Part shown: piece by piece, positions 16,700 to 29,622 of the stretch
How positions within the stretch are numbered: position 1 is the stretch's first letter
How the letters are laid out: every line of letters starts with the position of its first letter
Source: the human T2T-CHM13v2.0 reference genome, Homo sapiens
Strand: one strand, 5' to 3'
NCBI RefSeq assembly: GCF_009914755.1
Contig: NC_060926.1
DNA length: 64,000 nt
Made by a program: the position numbers and the translations under genes
The notes under the pieces: generated by a model
Database searches by the model: none
Told to the model about the DNA's origin: nothing
What the model saw: only the letters and a program-made list of their open reading frames with translations

Positions 16700-18600
16700 G
16701 CATGGGCTTGCTCCTAGTCCCAAATCAGTCCCCTCCCCTTCCTATGATACTTTCTCTCCACTGGCTATTGCAAGTGTTCCCTATTCTCTCCAAGCTCCTC
16801 CTTCCTAGTTCTACTTCTAATTCTTCAATCCCTGAAGATGGTTTACCTTCCTAATTCAGATAAAAGTAGAGATGATTAGGACTAAATTCATTCAAGGTGA
16901 CATTCCCAAAATTGAATATATTTATATGTGATCCATATCTTTTTTCCTTGTCTCAATAGAAAGAATTGTCTCTTCTACTTCATGTTAATTCCTCCAACAT
17001 AGGATTTTATCCCTTCCTATTGTTCCTATACTCATACTTATTTATTCATTCTCTCTCTCTCTCACTTTCTCTGTCTTATTTTCAGTCTTTCTCTTTCTGT
17101 CTCTGTCTTTCTGTGTCTCTTTCTTTTGCTTTTCCTCTCTCTTTCTCACCCTGAACCCCATCCTTCATCTATTAACACATATTCACTCAGCTACTGAGTT
17201 GCTAAATTTACCAAATGAAAACACTAAACAATGTATTAAATTTCATTTAAGCAATGAAAAATGTCTTAATACAAGTGTGTCCCAAATATTGCATGATATA
17301 TTTCTACAAAAAGTATTAGACTTTTTAAATCTAAAATTCAAATTTCACTGGACACCTTGTGTTTATCCTGGCAACTTTACTTAGCAGCAATGCAACTCAA
17401 CATCTACAAAATCAAGTAGGACAGAGAGGGTCTCCGCTTTTCTCATTGCCTGTGTCAAGTCACTCCAGAGGAATGGTCTTGGTTTCAATATGGCGATATA
17501 CTGACAATCTCTACAGACCTTCCTCTCACAAATATTAATCTCTCAGAGCATCACTTTGATGTCACTATATCAAAAGATCTATTTCTTCTTATGAGTGATG
17601 ACTGATAAGGAAAAAAGGCTAAAGAAAGCAGAAAATCTGTCCTAATGCACACATATGTACAAGTGCTTTACACACCTCACTAACACACACCCCCCAAAAC
17701 ACTCATCTCTAGATCTCATTCTAGTCATTGCCGTCTCTTTTTTCTTTTGACACCGTTTTCTTTTGTAATCCATTTCTCAACCCCATGGGTTCTGCTGTTT
17801 TCCTATCATTCCCGTGAGTCTGTTGAAAATAAGGTTATGAACCAAATTTTAATCATAAAATCCAGCAGGCACATTTTGCCTTGACCTTACTCTGCTCTGT
17901 TTCTTGTGTTTTACCTTCCTTCTTCCTGAATTGTGTCCACCCAAAAGATACATTGAAGTGGTCATTTCTAGTACCTCTACATACAACCCTATTTGGAAAA
18001 TGTCTCTGCAGATATAATCAAGTCAAGAAGAGTTCTTTAGGGTGGGTCTTAATACAATATGACTGAAGTCCTCATAAGAAGAAAAAAAAAATCAGACCCA
18101 GAAAAAAACACGGAGAAGAATACCACGTGGAAACACAGACACAGAGGGCAGACACCCATGTGCAGATGGAGACAGAGACTGGAGTTACACAGCTGCAAGC
18201 CAGGAAATTCCTGGAGCCACCAAAGGCTGGATCAGGCACGGGAGAATCCTCCTTTAGTGGTTTCAAAGGGAGCATGGTCCTACTGACACGTTGATTCTGT
18301 ACTTTAATCCTGAAAACTATGAGAGAATAAATTTCTCATGCTTTAAGCCATCCAGTTTTTGATACTTTGTCATGGGAGCCCCAGGAAATGAACACACTCA
18401 CCTTTAATGCTCATGAAACTATTCTCTAATTCCTCCTACTTCTTTTCAGGTTTTTAAAATCTTATTCCTTCACTGAATATTTACATGTTGCTATGTACTG
18501 GAATTTGGCTTTCAGCCTTTTTTTTCTTCTCGTTTTCCATAATTGCCTTAGATGACCTCATCTACCACAAAGCTTTCACTACCATCTACATACTATATAC
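16700..18600 (+). mobile_element. L2 fragments, interrupted by a CT-rich tract (17050-17150) and an MLT1
   Basis: Pyrimidine-rich sense L2-like sequence, e.g. 'ttccttcactgaatatttacatgttg...ttagatgacctcatctacc'. Confidence 0.5.
17910..18395 (+). mobile_element. MLT1C-like MaLR LTR
   Basis: 'tgaattgtgtccacccaaaagat...agggtgggtcttaatacaatatgactg...ggagccaccaaaggctgga...aataaatttctc...aaatgaacaca'. Confidence 0.88.
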
Positions 18601-21600
18601 CACGTGTAAATACAACAGTTTACTACAATTAGTGTTAGCATTATTGAACAACAAAGAGCAGAAATTATGGTTCTTTTTATGACTGGGTCTTCAGCACAAA
18701 TGACACTATATTGGAAACAGGTCACATTTCATTTATCTTGAAGAAGTGGAGGAATCTATGACTGAAGAAATGCATGTACCTCGAAAAGATGTCCATTTGC
18801 TTTTTGTGTCAAAGAAGAGAGCCAGTCAGCTTCCCGATCCTAGCTGTCCTGAGAATCATTAAGATATTTAATTCTGAATGCACTATAAACATTTATTCTG
18901 GTAATTATTGTGTGGCATAATGAGTCATGGAATGAAAACTCTTGACAAAGTCTAATTCTGAATATCTTCCTAACAGGCTGGAGCAGCTGATTTCAGCATC
19001 AAAGAGCCTGAGTCCTCACTATGATTATTTTATTACCACTATGAAGGCAATATGGATTGATTGACTGATTGATTCCCATTTCATTCCTTTATAGTTTTGA
19101 GCTATTTCACAAGAATCTGTGAAATAAAACAATAATGATGATTAATAACCTTATGAAGTGCACTTAATAACTAGGGTTTCGTAGAGTGCTGTGTGGGTGA
19201 AAGAAGAAACATGAAACTAGACTTTATATTCTAAAGCAATAAAAAGATGTAAGGTATTGAGTTTGAGAAAACAGTAGTTGCTTTTTGGAGAAACAATAGT
19301 CTCTCTGAGTGACTTAGGAGTAGATCAGAGTACCCCAAATCGAATATGAGTGCCCAATCTGTATGCAACTGATCTGAATTTAACAATTGGCCTTGCCGCC
19401 TCTATTCGCTGAAAGGGAGAGGGAAACAAGCTGAGATCAACTAACCTTCAGGAACAGCTGGAAGAGAGAATGAAATGTGAACAACAAATAGCCAGAAAAT
19501 GAGTGTCTCTTTTGTAGATGACATTTTTATATTACTGAAGTTCAGGAGGATTATAGAGACTTCCCCAATTTCTATCGTATCAACTTGCTTAGTCTTCTGA
19601 TTTGTTTTTAACTTAAGGAAGTGCTTATTACCCTGTTACATAAGTATATATATAATAGGTTATGTATATTTGAAAAATACCATCATAGACAGCCAATGCA
19701 CATTGGTCTTCATGATGAATGCATCCCATTCTCAGTCACCTGTTCACACCTCCAAGCACATGATTCCATTATCTCAGATGCAATACATCCTGCCACTCTT
19801 CTAACATTTTGGCACAGAACTTACCTAGTATATCTCTGAATGGCACATTTCTTTTTTGCTTCTTTTCTATCAAAGTGTATTCTTTTAGGAAAACAGAAAC
19901 ATATCTAGATAAATAACAAAGCACTCTGCCATGAAAGACCTTTAGCAAAGCAAGAGCCAGCCAAGATCTGTACGTGTTGATTACAGCCAATACATTCAAC
20001 CAACAAACAGATGCAAATGGGTGTTAGAGGGACACAAAGCAATAAAGTTTTCTATTGTGCTGTGCTGCACAGCACTGCAATTATAGGCACATCTGCAGTC
20101 AATCATATTTTCTGAGGATTGAATGGAAAGGCTTTCATTTCATTTTTCTACCTGCACTGAAAGCCAGATATTGCCATTGCATACATTTCAGCATCCTGAT
20201 TTTAGATCTTTCAAATCTAGTCACAAGACGACTTTCTACTCTGACAGACTCCCCTCCTTACACAGCCCTACCCTTGTGATGGCCAGCAAACAGATCAATG
20301 CTCTTTTCACAGATTCTGAGAAAATCTGCTGACTGGAGAATATTTTTTCACAGTAAGCAGATGAACAACAACAATAAAAAAATGGATGGAAATAATGAAA
20401 TAAAGGATAAAGGAATTGGCAACCAGGAGCTTGGCTAACAGAAAATAATTTGCTAGTTAATAAATTGAGCTTGAACATGACAGAGTTGAAATGTAACCTT
20501 TGCAAGTAGAATCTACAGGAATTCAAATGTGAAATGTTGGAAAATACAGTGACAGAGCTGCCTTTGTTTAATGGTCATCCCAATGTTTTAAGGAGAATTG
20601 CAAATTCTATGAAAGTGGAAGAGAGAGATAAAAACAAAAGAATATCTTCTCCATTTTTTTCTAGAACAAAATGGATTCTAAAAGTATTTGTGAGAACGCT
20701 TAGATAAATGAACAAGATAAGATACACATATATGTCTACCTTGAATTTACTTCAGTAAAATGATTTTTAAAATTTATACAACTCAAATAACTTTTAGTAG
20801 ATCTGCCCACATTTCTAGATGAAAAAATAATATCATATACTAAGGTTAAGTTGTACAGTATGGCTTGAATTATAAAAGCAGCTCTTCAGACATCTTCTTT
20901 TATGTATGTGCTTCCTGTCGACTTTAAATTTGCAATTTTTGTAGATATTTTTCTACTCTGTTGAGTAGGTTATAAAGGCTTAGATTAGGTAACTGCCCTT
21001 TCTTTTTCAAATGGAAGAACATGGTAATTTATAATAGCCTCATTAGTACATTGCAGAAAATCACTAAATATCTTGTCTCCACTGTAAACTCTGAGGCTGG
21101 TATCAGAACTATAGAAACATGAAATATTTCTAACATCCAGTGTTAATAATCTAACATCCAAAAGGGAAACCTGAAATCCCAGAAGGATATTTGTTACAGA
21201 ATGTAGCACAAATTGACATTAAACATTTAAATTGCCTTTAGACAAAAATCTTCCCACCACAAGTCCTTCAGAGGCCTGGTCAAGCATTATCTGTTTTACT
21301 TATGAATTGACAAGCTAAAGATGTCATAGTGACTCAGAGATGGAGGGCCAACTAGAGACCAAGTGATCTATTAATAGATGGAGACATTAATAGATTCTGA
21401 GACAGGAAACTTTTTCCTTAAGGCTACATAATTAGTTAACACATTAAAGATGGAGTTGATGAGCTTCTACCCACCATTCCATAGTTCATCTGGAGAAGAT
21501 ATAATTCAGTCCTATTCTCAGTCCAATGAACTTTGGGAAATGTGCTTACCTTTCATGAGGGATGACCTACTGAAATTGTAAGATCAAAATAATTTATTCT

Positions 21601-21882
21601 ATAAATGATGTGAGACAAATAATTACTTCTCTGTTTATGTGTCTGTCTTTTCCTCTCTCCCAAAATAAAAAATTAGGTCAAAGCTTCCTAAAGTACAACT
21701 TTTTGAATTAAGGTTTGCAAGATTTCCCAGAGTGTAATATGGGGATCAGTGATCAGACGACATATTCTGTGAAGACAAAAGGCCCTATGATTAACTATAT
21801 CTAGGATATAAAAAAGTTTAAAATGTTAGGTCCTATTATGTATCCTTTTTATATTGTGTATCATTTTATCTTATTGTTTATC

Positions 21883-22009
21883 TTTTTTTTTTTTTTTTTT
21901 TTTTTGAGACAGAGTTTTCCTTTGTCACCCAGGCCGGAGTGCAGTGGCGCGATCTCGGCTCACTGAAACCACCGCCTCCTGGTTTCAAGTGATTCTCCCG
22001 CCTTAGCCT
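21883..22009 (-). mobile_element. 5'-truncated Alu (3' part of right arm plus tail)
   Basis: Poly-T then 'gagacagag...ggagtgcagtggcgcgatctcggctcactg'. Short TSD ttatc(t/c)tttt. Several CpGs are retained. Confidence 0.95.
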
Positions 22010-22644
22010 TATCCTTTTTAATAGGACATAAAAAGCTCTGAGTAAGCTCTGAGTAAGAGTCTTGCTTAACTTCATATGTTCCCAAATTCACCTGACTATG
22101 AAAGCCTTTTTTGCTTTACTCCTATGAGAATAATTTGAAACTACTGTCCAAAGAAACAGTTTTTGAGAAATATGTAGCTAAAAATGATGAACTGGGAAAC
22201 TACACCTCCAATCTCTTTGTGTCCGTTGCTTCATTTCTGAGATGTCATATAAATACATTAAAATTTAAAACCCAGCTGTCTCAAAACCCCATTTCAGGAT
22301 GATGCCAAGTTTTCCGAGACATCAAGGCACCCTGCCTGTGCTCTGATCTGGTAGCTGTGGCTGGCTAAGCAGGGTGCTTTGTTGATGAAGATGGCCTCTT
22401 CAAGGAATGATCAGATCTGTCCACTGGAACCAAGCACATTCCCCAGTAGTGGGAATTGTACACATTAATGCAGGAATAAAATTAATTAAGTAATGAATTC
22501 TCTGTTTATAAGTAAACAGAGGGGAGAAAGATGGACAGCTTGCTGGTCATGGATAAGGGTTTATCACTGAAATGGAAGAAGTAAGCCTACAAGCACAGAG
22601 CAGAGACAAGAGAGGGCAAGTGTCAGAGCTCCCATCTTTACATC

Positions 22645-22872
22645 AACAGCTCTCAATCAGGGGCCACAGCCCCCCCACCCGCCAGGAGAGGCTTAGGAAC
22701 GTCTGGAGAAATGTTTGCTTGTTGCCACTGAGATGAGGTGAGGTAGAGGTACCATTGGCATCTATTTGTAGAGGTCAAGAATGTCACTTATCCTACAAGG
22801 CACAGGACAGCCCCCACAAGAAAAGAATGTTCTGTCTCAGATGCCAATAGTGATGCTGTTGAGAACCCCTTG
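22645..22872 (+). mobile_element. MER20 (hAT-Charlie)
   Basis: 'tctggaga...attggcatcta...gcacaggacagcccccacaagaaaagaat...gccaatagtg...ttgagaaccc'. Confidence 0.85.
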
Positions 22873-23025
22873 TCTGTACTGAGCTCATTGTTTTTTTCAT
22901 TTGGACAAAGTAGAAGTGGTCAACTGAGGTATTTTTGTGTAATGGCAAAGGCATATGCAACATTGCTTCATGAGATGCAGTATAAAGACTTCCCCATTGT
23001 TTTGTTTTTGTGTTTCTATGTGATG

Positions 23026-23064
23026 TTCTCTTCTCCAAGGGAGAAGGCTTCTTCTCCAAGGGAG
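23026..23064. repeat. Short tandem duplication (tcttctccaagggag x2, 21-bp period)
   Basis: Directly visible. Confidence 0.8.
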
Positions 23065-23365
23065 TCATTATTAGAGACTGCACAACCAAGCCTAAGAGCA
23101 AACATGCATAAAACAACTAATAATATGAAATACAAGCAATGCCATCAAGTTCTCATGGTGATAAATCACTGCTTAGAGGAGAAGGTTTAAATGCTCTAGG
23201 AGGATTTTGCAATTCTTCTATTGATTTATTGCCACTTCCTCAGATTGTCTTTTAGAAGATTGAAAGAAATAAGTCTATAAATAATCTGATTGCAAATAAA
23301 ACATATTTGATTAATGTCTATCAACAGTGTGAATAGCAATGAACCCCTCTTATTTTTAATATGGA

Positions 23366-23367
<2 letters not shown>

Positions 23368-23396
<29 letters not shown>
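23368..23396. repeat. (TG)n microsatellite
   Basis: Directly visible. Confidence 0.95.
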
Positions 23397-23398
<2 letters not shown>

Positions 23399-23716
23399 TC
23401 ACACAAATACATGCATGCTATTCTTAAAATATCTATTTCTTGAGTTTCCCAAATTAAGTTTGATGGTTGATGCAAAAATTATGACACTGCCTGATGTGGT
23501 TCTAAATGTATGTGAAAGAAATATTTATGAAAATTATATTATAAATAGAGGAAGATAAAAGGATAAGAGTTCTATATCTTATTTGAACTGGTAATATGAC
23601 ACTAATAACACATATATATATATAACTTTATATATACATAATCTTCATACACACATACATGTGTATATACACACACATATATAAAGTAATTCTTAGAGCA
23701 ACTAATATATAAAAGC

Positions 23717-24083
23717 TGTATGTTTTGGTCTGTTTAGGCTATTGTAACAAAACACCATAGACATGGTGAGAAACTTATTTTCTCACAGTCCTGGATGCTG
23801 GAAGTACAACAGTCACTGGAATATTCAGTATCTGGTGAGGACTAGCTTTCTGGTTCACAGACAGCATGTTTTTACTACGTCCTCACATGGCAGAAGGAGC
23901 ACGGGCGGTCTCTGGGATCTCTTTTATAAGGGCACTAATCCCATTCACGAAGGCTCTGTCCTCATGACCTCCCAGAAGACCACCTCCTAATACTATCACA
24001 TGGGAAATTACATTTCAACACATGAATTTTAAGGAAACACAAACACTCAGTCTATAGCATTCTACCCCTGGTCCCCCAGCCCT
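23717..24083 (-). mobile_element. MLT1A-like LTR plus ~24 bp of adjoining internal sequence (PPT)
   Basis: 'cttttataagggcactaatcccattcacga...cagtctatagca' then 'ttctacccctggtccccc', the reverse complement of the MaLR polypurine tract. Confidence 0.85.
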
Positions 24084-24089
24084 TATGCT

Positions 24090-25850
24090 TTTAAATAATC
24101 CATTGTCAAAGAGGAAGTCTCAAAGGAAATTTAAAGAATACATTGAACTAAATACAACATATGAAAATTGGTGGGACACGGCTAATGTGGTGTTGAGAGG
24201 GAATCTGTAGCACTAAATGCACACGTTAGAAAAGAGGAAAAGTTTGAAATCAGTCAGTAAGCTCCCTCTTCAAAAACCAAAAACAAAGAAGAGCAGGGAA
24301 AAAATAAAACTAAACAGAAAGGAGAAAATAGTAAAGACTATAAATCAATGAAACTGAAAAGAGAAAAACCATAGAGAAAATCAATGAAACAAAGAGCTGA
24401 AAAGATCGATAAAATTACCAAACCTCTAGCAAGACTGACAAAGGAAAAAAGAGAGAGAGAACACACATGCTATCAATATCAGAAGAGAAAGAGAAGATAT
24501 AACCACAACCCTGCAGATTTCAAAAGGACACTGGAGGAATCCCACAAACAACTCTAGCCACATAAATTTGAAATTTTGGAGGAAATGGATCACTTTCTCA
24601 AAAACCAAAAACAACCAAAACTCACCCATTATAAAACAGATAATTTAAATAGCCCTATAGCTTAAAGAAATTGAATTTGTAATTTAAGAACTCCTAAAAC
24701 AGAAATCTACAGGCACAGGTGGTTTCACTGCAGAATGCTAGCTATAAAGTTTTTGTAGATTTTCTTTCTAAAGCTAAGGAAGTTCCCTTCTGTTCTTAGA
24801 TTTGCTCTTTAAGAGAATCAAAAGACATGCTACAGAGTGGGAGAAAATATTTCCAAATTGCATATGGAGATGACCATAATATCCAGGAAATAAAAAGAAC
24901 TCTCAAAACTCAAGAGCAAAAGAAACCAAACAATTCAATTAGAAAATGGTCAAAGATATGAAGAAATATTTCACTGAAGAGAATATATAGATTGCAAATA
25001 AACATTTGAAAAGATAGTCAATATCATTATCCATTAGGGAAATGCAAATTAAAACTGCAATGAGATATCACTACAAACCTATCAGGAAGGCTAAAGTAAA
25101 ATATGTTGACAACACCAAATGCTCTGAACGATGTGGGCAAACTACATTATTCATACATTGCTGGCAAGAATGTGAAATGGGACAGCCACTCTGGGAAATA
25201 GTTTAGCAGTTTTTAAAAAAATCTATCGTGCAACTATTTTATGATCTAGCAATAGCACTTTTAGGCATTTATCCCAGAGAAATGCAGATTTATGTTCACA
25301 CAAATCCTGTATGCAAATGTTTATAGAGATTTTATTTGTAATAGCCCCAAACTGGAAACAACTCAATTGTTTTTCAATGGGTGAATGATTAAACCAGCTC
25401 TGGTACATCTCTGTCATGGAATACTACTCATAAACAAAAAATAATGAAAATTGATACACAAACAACCTGAATGAACCTCCTGAGAGTTACGCTGAATGCA
25501 AAAAGTGAATTCTAAGTTATATTATGTATCATTCCTTTTATATAAGATTCTTAAAATGACAAAAATTATAGAAATAGAGAACAGGCCAGTGGTTGCTATG
25601 GGTAAGGGGTGTAGAGAGGAGGGAAGACAGAGTGGTTATCAAGGTGCAACATGAAGTATCTTTGTGTGGCAGAAATGTTCTCTATCTTAATTGTATCAAT
25701 GTCAATATATTGGTTGTAATTTTGTACCCTAGTTTTGCAAGATGTTACCATTAGTAAAAACTGGGTGAAGGGTATATGGGATTTCTCTGTATTGTTTCTT
25801 GCAACTGTATATGAATCTACAAATATCTAAAAATAAAAAGTTTAACAAAA
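24090..25850 (+). mobile_element. L1MC1/2-like LINE-1, internally deleted with a short inversion
   Basis: ORF2-like 5' part. 3'UTR 'gttttgcaagatgttaccatt...aactgggtgaagggtatatgggatttctctgtattgtttcttgcaactg...aataaaaagttt'. Confidence 0.85.
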
Positions 25851-25887
25851 AGCTATGTCTGCATTCATTATGTCAAAATTCTATTAA

Positions 25888-26238
<351 letters not shown>

Positions 26239-27174
26239 TGACTGTTTGTCAATTTCCACTCTTAAGAGGCCATTCAATGCCCAAATAGAAAGCATTTTGA
26301 ATCTCAAGCCAAATGGTCAGTTAGTGGTGTCTTCCCAGAGTACTTTGTTGAACTGTGTTGTGAGTCTACATATCAGCCATGCAAGAGAGAGAACTATCAT
26401 AGATCACCTCCACAATCAGTTAGGAGATAAGGGGTGGAAGATGAAATGTGTGATCTGTTGAGCAGCATAAACACAGAAAGAGAAAACTACAACCCAAGAG
26501 GAAAAATAATAATAAATAGAGGTCATAAGTACTTGTGTCTAAAAATTTAAGGAAGATATCAAAAGGTGTTTTTATAAAAGGCATAAAGAAAGAGAAAGAA
26601 CTTTCCATAGAGAGAAAAGCACATGCATAAATATGGTGAGATGTGCTAGGTAGTTGTAACATGGAAGTCTTACATAAGGATAGCAGGAAAGGAAGCAAAA
26701 CAGGCAACTTGAAGCCACCTGGTCTAGGACTCTCCACACTACACGAAAGATTTCAATTATTCATAATTTTTAATGATGCTTAGAATCAAGGGCACATTAT
26801 AATTTTAATGATTGTTTTTCTTTTTAGAAGCACATAGCCAAGGTCTTTATCGGTATGTCTTTATCTGAGCCCTCACCATCACCATTTTCACACACATGAG
26901 TGACATCATATGCAGTAAAATAGACAGGACAAATCAGCTGCATCCTGGAGTACCAGCACCATCCCTGGAAAAGTAAGTGTTTTCCTGAGTGCACGTTGCT
27001 TGTTCAAAATTGTCATAGATGAGAAAAACTTGAGAAAAGTTACTTTAAACTGAATTAATTTTTAGACTTGGTCATAGAGATGCAAACATCATGCCTTTGA
27101 AGAGTTGCTCATGATGTGTCACGTAGGTCATTACTGGATTTCATAGTATATAGCATTTGGATACATGATAGGAC

Positions 27175-29606
27175 AATAGTTTCCAACCTCGTTGATTATC
27201 TTTATTATCCAGTGATATGGTTTGGCTGTGTCCTCACCCAAATCTCATCTCGAATTCCAGCTCTCAAGTCCTCATGTGTCATGGGAGGGACCTGGTGGGA
27301 GGTAATTGAATCATGGAGATGGGTTTTTCCCATGCTGTTCTCATGATAGTGAATAAGTCTCATGAGATCTGATGGTTTTACAAAGGGCAGTTTCGCTGCA
27401 TACACTCTCTGGCCTGCCACCATATAAGATGTGCCTTTGCTCTTCCTTTGCCTTCCACCCTGATTGTGAGGTCTCCCCAGCCATGTGAAACTATGAGTCC
27501 ATTAAACCACTTTCTCTTTACAAATTACCCAGTCTTGGTTATGTCTTTATTGACTGTGAGAACAGACTAATAGAGAAAATTGGTACTGGTAGAGTGGAGT
27601 GCTGCTATAAGGATACCTGAAAATGTGGAAGCAACTTTGGAACTGGGTAACAGGCAGAGGTTAGAAAAGTTTGGAGAGCTCAGAAGACAGGAAAATATGA
27701 GAAAGTATGGAACTTCCTAGAGACTTGTTGAATGGCTTTGACCAAAATGCTGATAGTGATATGGACAATAAAGTCCAGGCTGAGGTGGTCTCAAATGGGA
27801 GTGAGGAGCTCATTAGGAACTGGAATAATGTGATTCTTGCTATGCTTTAGCAAAGTGGCTAGAGGCATTTTGCTCCTTCCCTAAAGATCTGTGGAACTTT
27901 GAACTTGAGAGAGATAATTTAGAGTATCTGGCGGAAGAAATTTCTAAGCGGTAAAGCATTCAAAAGTAAGCAGAGCATAAGTTTGGAAAATTTGCAGCCT
28001 GATGATGTGATAGAAAAGAAAACCCCATTTTCTGGGGAAGAATTCAAGCTGCCTGCAGGAATTTGCATAAGTAATGAGGAGCCAAATGTTAATCACCAAG
28101 ACAATGGGGAAAATGTCTCCAGGACATGTCAGAGACCTTTGCAGCAGCACTTTCATCACAGGCCCCATCCCAAAGGCCTAGGAGGGAAAAATGGTTTCTT
28201 GGGTCAGGTCCAGGACCCCCTGCTATGTGCACCCTCGAGACCTGGTACCCTATGTCCCAGCCACTCCATCCATGGCTAAAAGGGGCCAAGGTACAGCTCA
28301 GTTCATGGCTTCAGAGGATGCAAGCCTCAAGCCTTGGCAGCTTCCACATAGTGTTAAGCCTGTGGGTCTGAAGAAGACAAGAATTGAGGTTTGGGAACCC
28401 AGATTTCAGAGGATATAAGAAAACATCTGGATGTCCAAGCAGAGGTGTGTTGCAGGGGTGGAACTCTCATGCAGAACCTCTGCTAGGCTAATGCAGAAAG
28501 GAAATGTGAGGTTGGCACCCCCACACAGAGTCACCACTGGGGCTCTGCCTACTAGAGCTATGAGAAGAGGGCCACCATCTTCCAGATCCCAGAATGGTAG
28601 ATCCATCAATTGCTTGCAAAGTGCACCTGGAAAAGGTGCAGACACTCAACTCCAGTCTACAAAAGCAGCCAGGAAGGGGCCTGTATCCTGCAAAGCCACA
28701 GGGATGGAGCTGCTCAAGGCCCTGGGAGCCCACCTCCTGTATCAGCGTGACATGGATGTGAGACATGGAGTCAAAGGAGAGCATTTTGTAACTTCAAAGA
28801 TTAATGACTGCCCTGTTGGATTTTGGACTTGCATGGGACCTGTAGCCCCTTCATTTTGGCCTATTTCTTCCATTTGGAAGTGGTTTATTTACCCATTGCC
28901 TGTAACCCCATGCTATCTAGGAAGGAACTAACTGGCTTTTGATTTTACAGGCTTCCAGGTGGAAGGGACTTGCCTTGTCTCAGATGAGACTTGGGGCTGT
29001 GGAGTTCTGAGCTAATACTGAAATGTGTTAAGACTTTGGGGAATTGTTGGGAAGGCAGGATTGGTTTTGAAATGTGAAGACATGAGATTTGGCAGGGGCC
29101 AGGGGCATAATGATATGGTTTGTCTGTGTCCCCACCCGAATCTCACCTGGAATTGTAGCTCCTATAATCCTCACGTATCATGGGAGGGAGCCAGTGGGAG
29201 GTAATTGAATCATGGGGGTGGATTTTTCCCATGATGTCCTCATGATAGTCAATAAGTCTCATGAGATCTGATGGTTTTATAAAGGGCAGTTCCTCTCCAT
29301 ATGCTCTCTTGCCTGCTGCCATGTAAGACATGTCTTTGCTCGTCCTTTGCCTTCTGCCATGATTGTGAGTCCTCCCCAGCCATGTGGAACTGTGAGTCCA
29401 TTAAACCTGTTTTCCTTTATAAATTACACAGCCTCAGGTATTTCTTCATAGCATATGAAAATGGACTAATACATCCAGAGAACTTTAAAAATTTCAATTC
29501 CCAGGCAGGACTCCAAATTTACTCAATAAATCTCTTAAGGAAGACCTAAGGATGCAGTTTTAAACTCTCAAGTAGTCTTAAAGTTGACCAAGTTTGGAAG
29601 GCACTG
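27175..29606. mobile_element. MER5-type hAT MITE split by the THE1 provirus (27175-27212 and 29479-29606)
   Basis: Left part 'caatagtttccaacc' and right part 'agtttggaaggcactg' match MER5 TIRs. The sequence reads through when the provirus is removed. Confidence 0.55.
27213..29473 (+). mobile_element. Full-length THE1B-like MaLR provirus (LTR 27213-27574, internal ~27575-29110, LTR 29111-29473)
   Basis: Two LTRs starting TGATATGGTTTG. THE1-int start 'aattggtactggtagagtgg', PPT 'ggggccaggggcataa', and a perfect 5-bp TSD TCCAG (27208-27212 / 29474-29478). Confidence 0.97.
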
Positions 29607-29622
29607 TATGAAACTTTAGGCT

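Noticed and set aside
19053-19075. PBX-HOX-like TGATTGAC/TGATTGAT motifs
   Set aside because: Better explained as a short degenerate (GATT)n repeat.
22035-22060. gctctgagtaa x2 and similar 11-21-bp tandem duplications
   Set aside because: Ordinary slippage-type microduplications with no higher-order pattern.
27944-28931. Overlapping ORFs up to 166 aa
   Set aside because: THE1 internal sequence with a decayed, interrupted MaLR ORF; not an intact gene.
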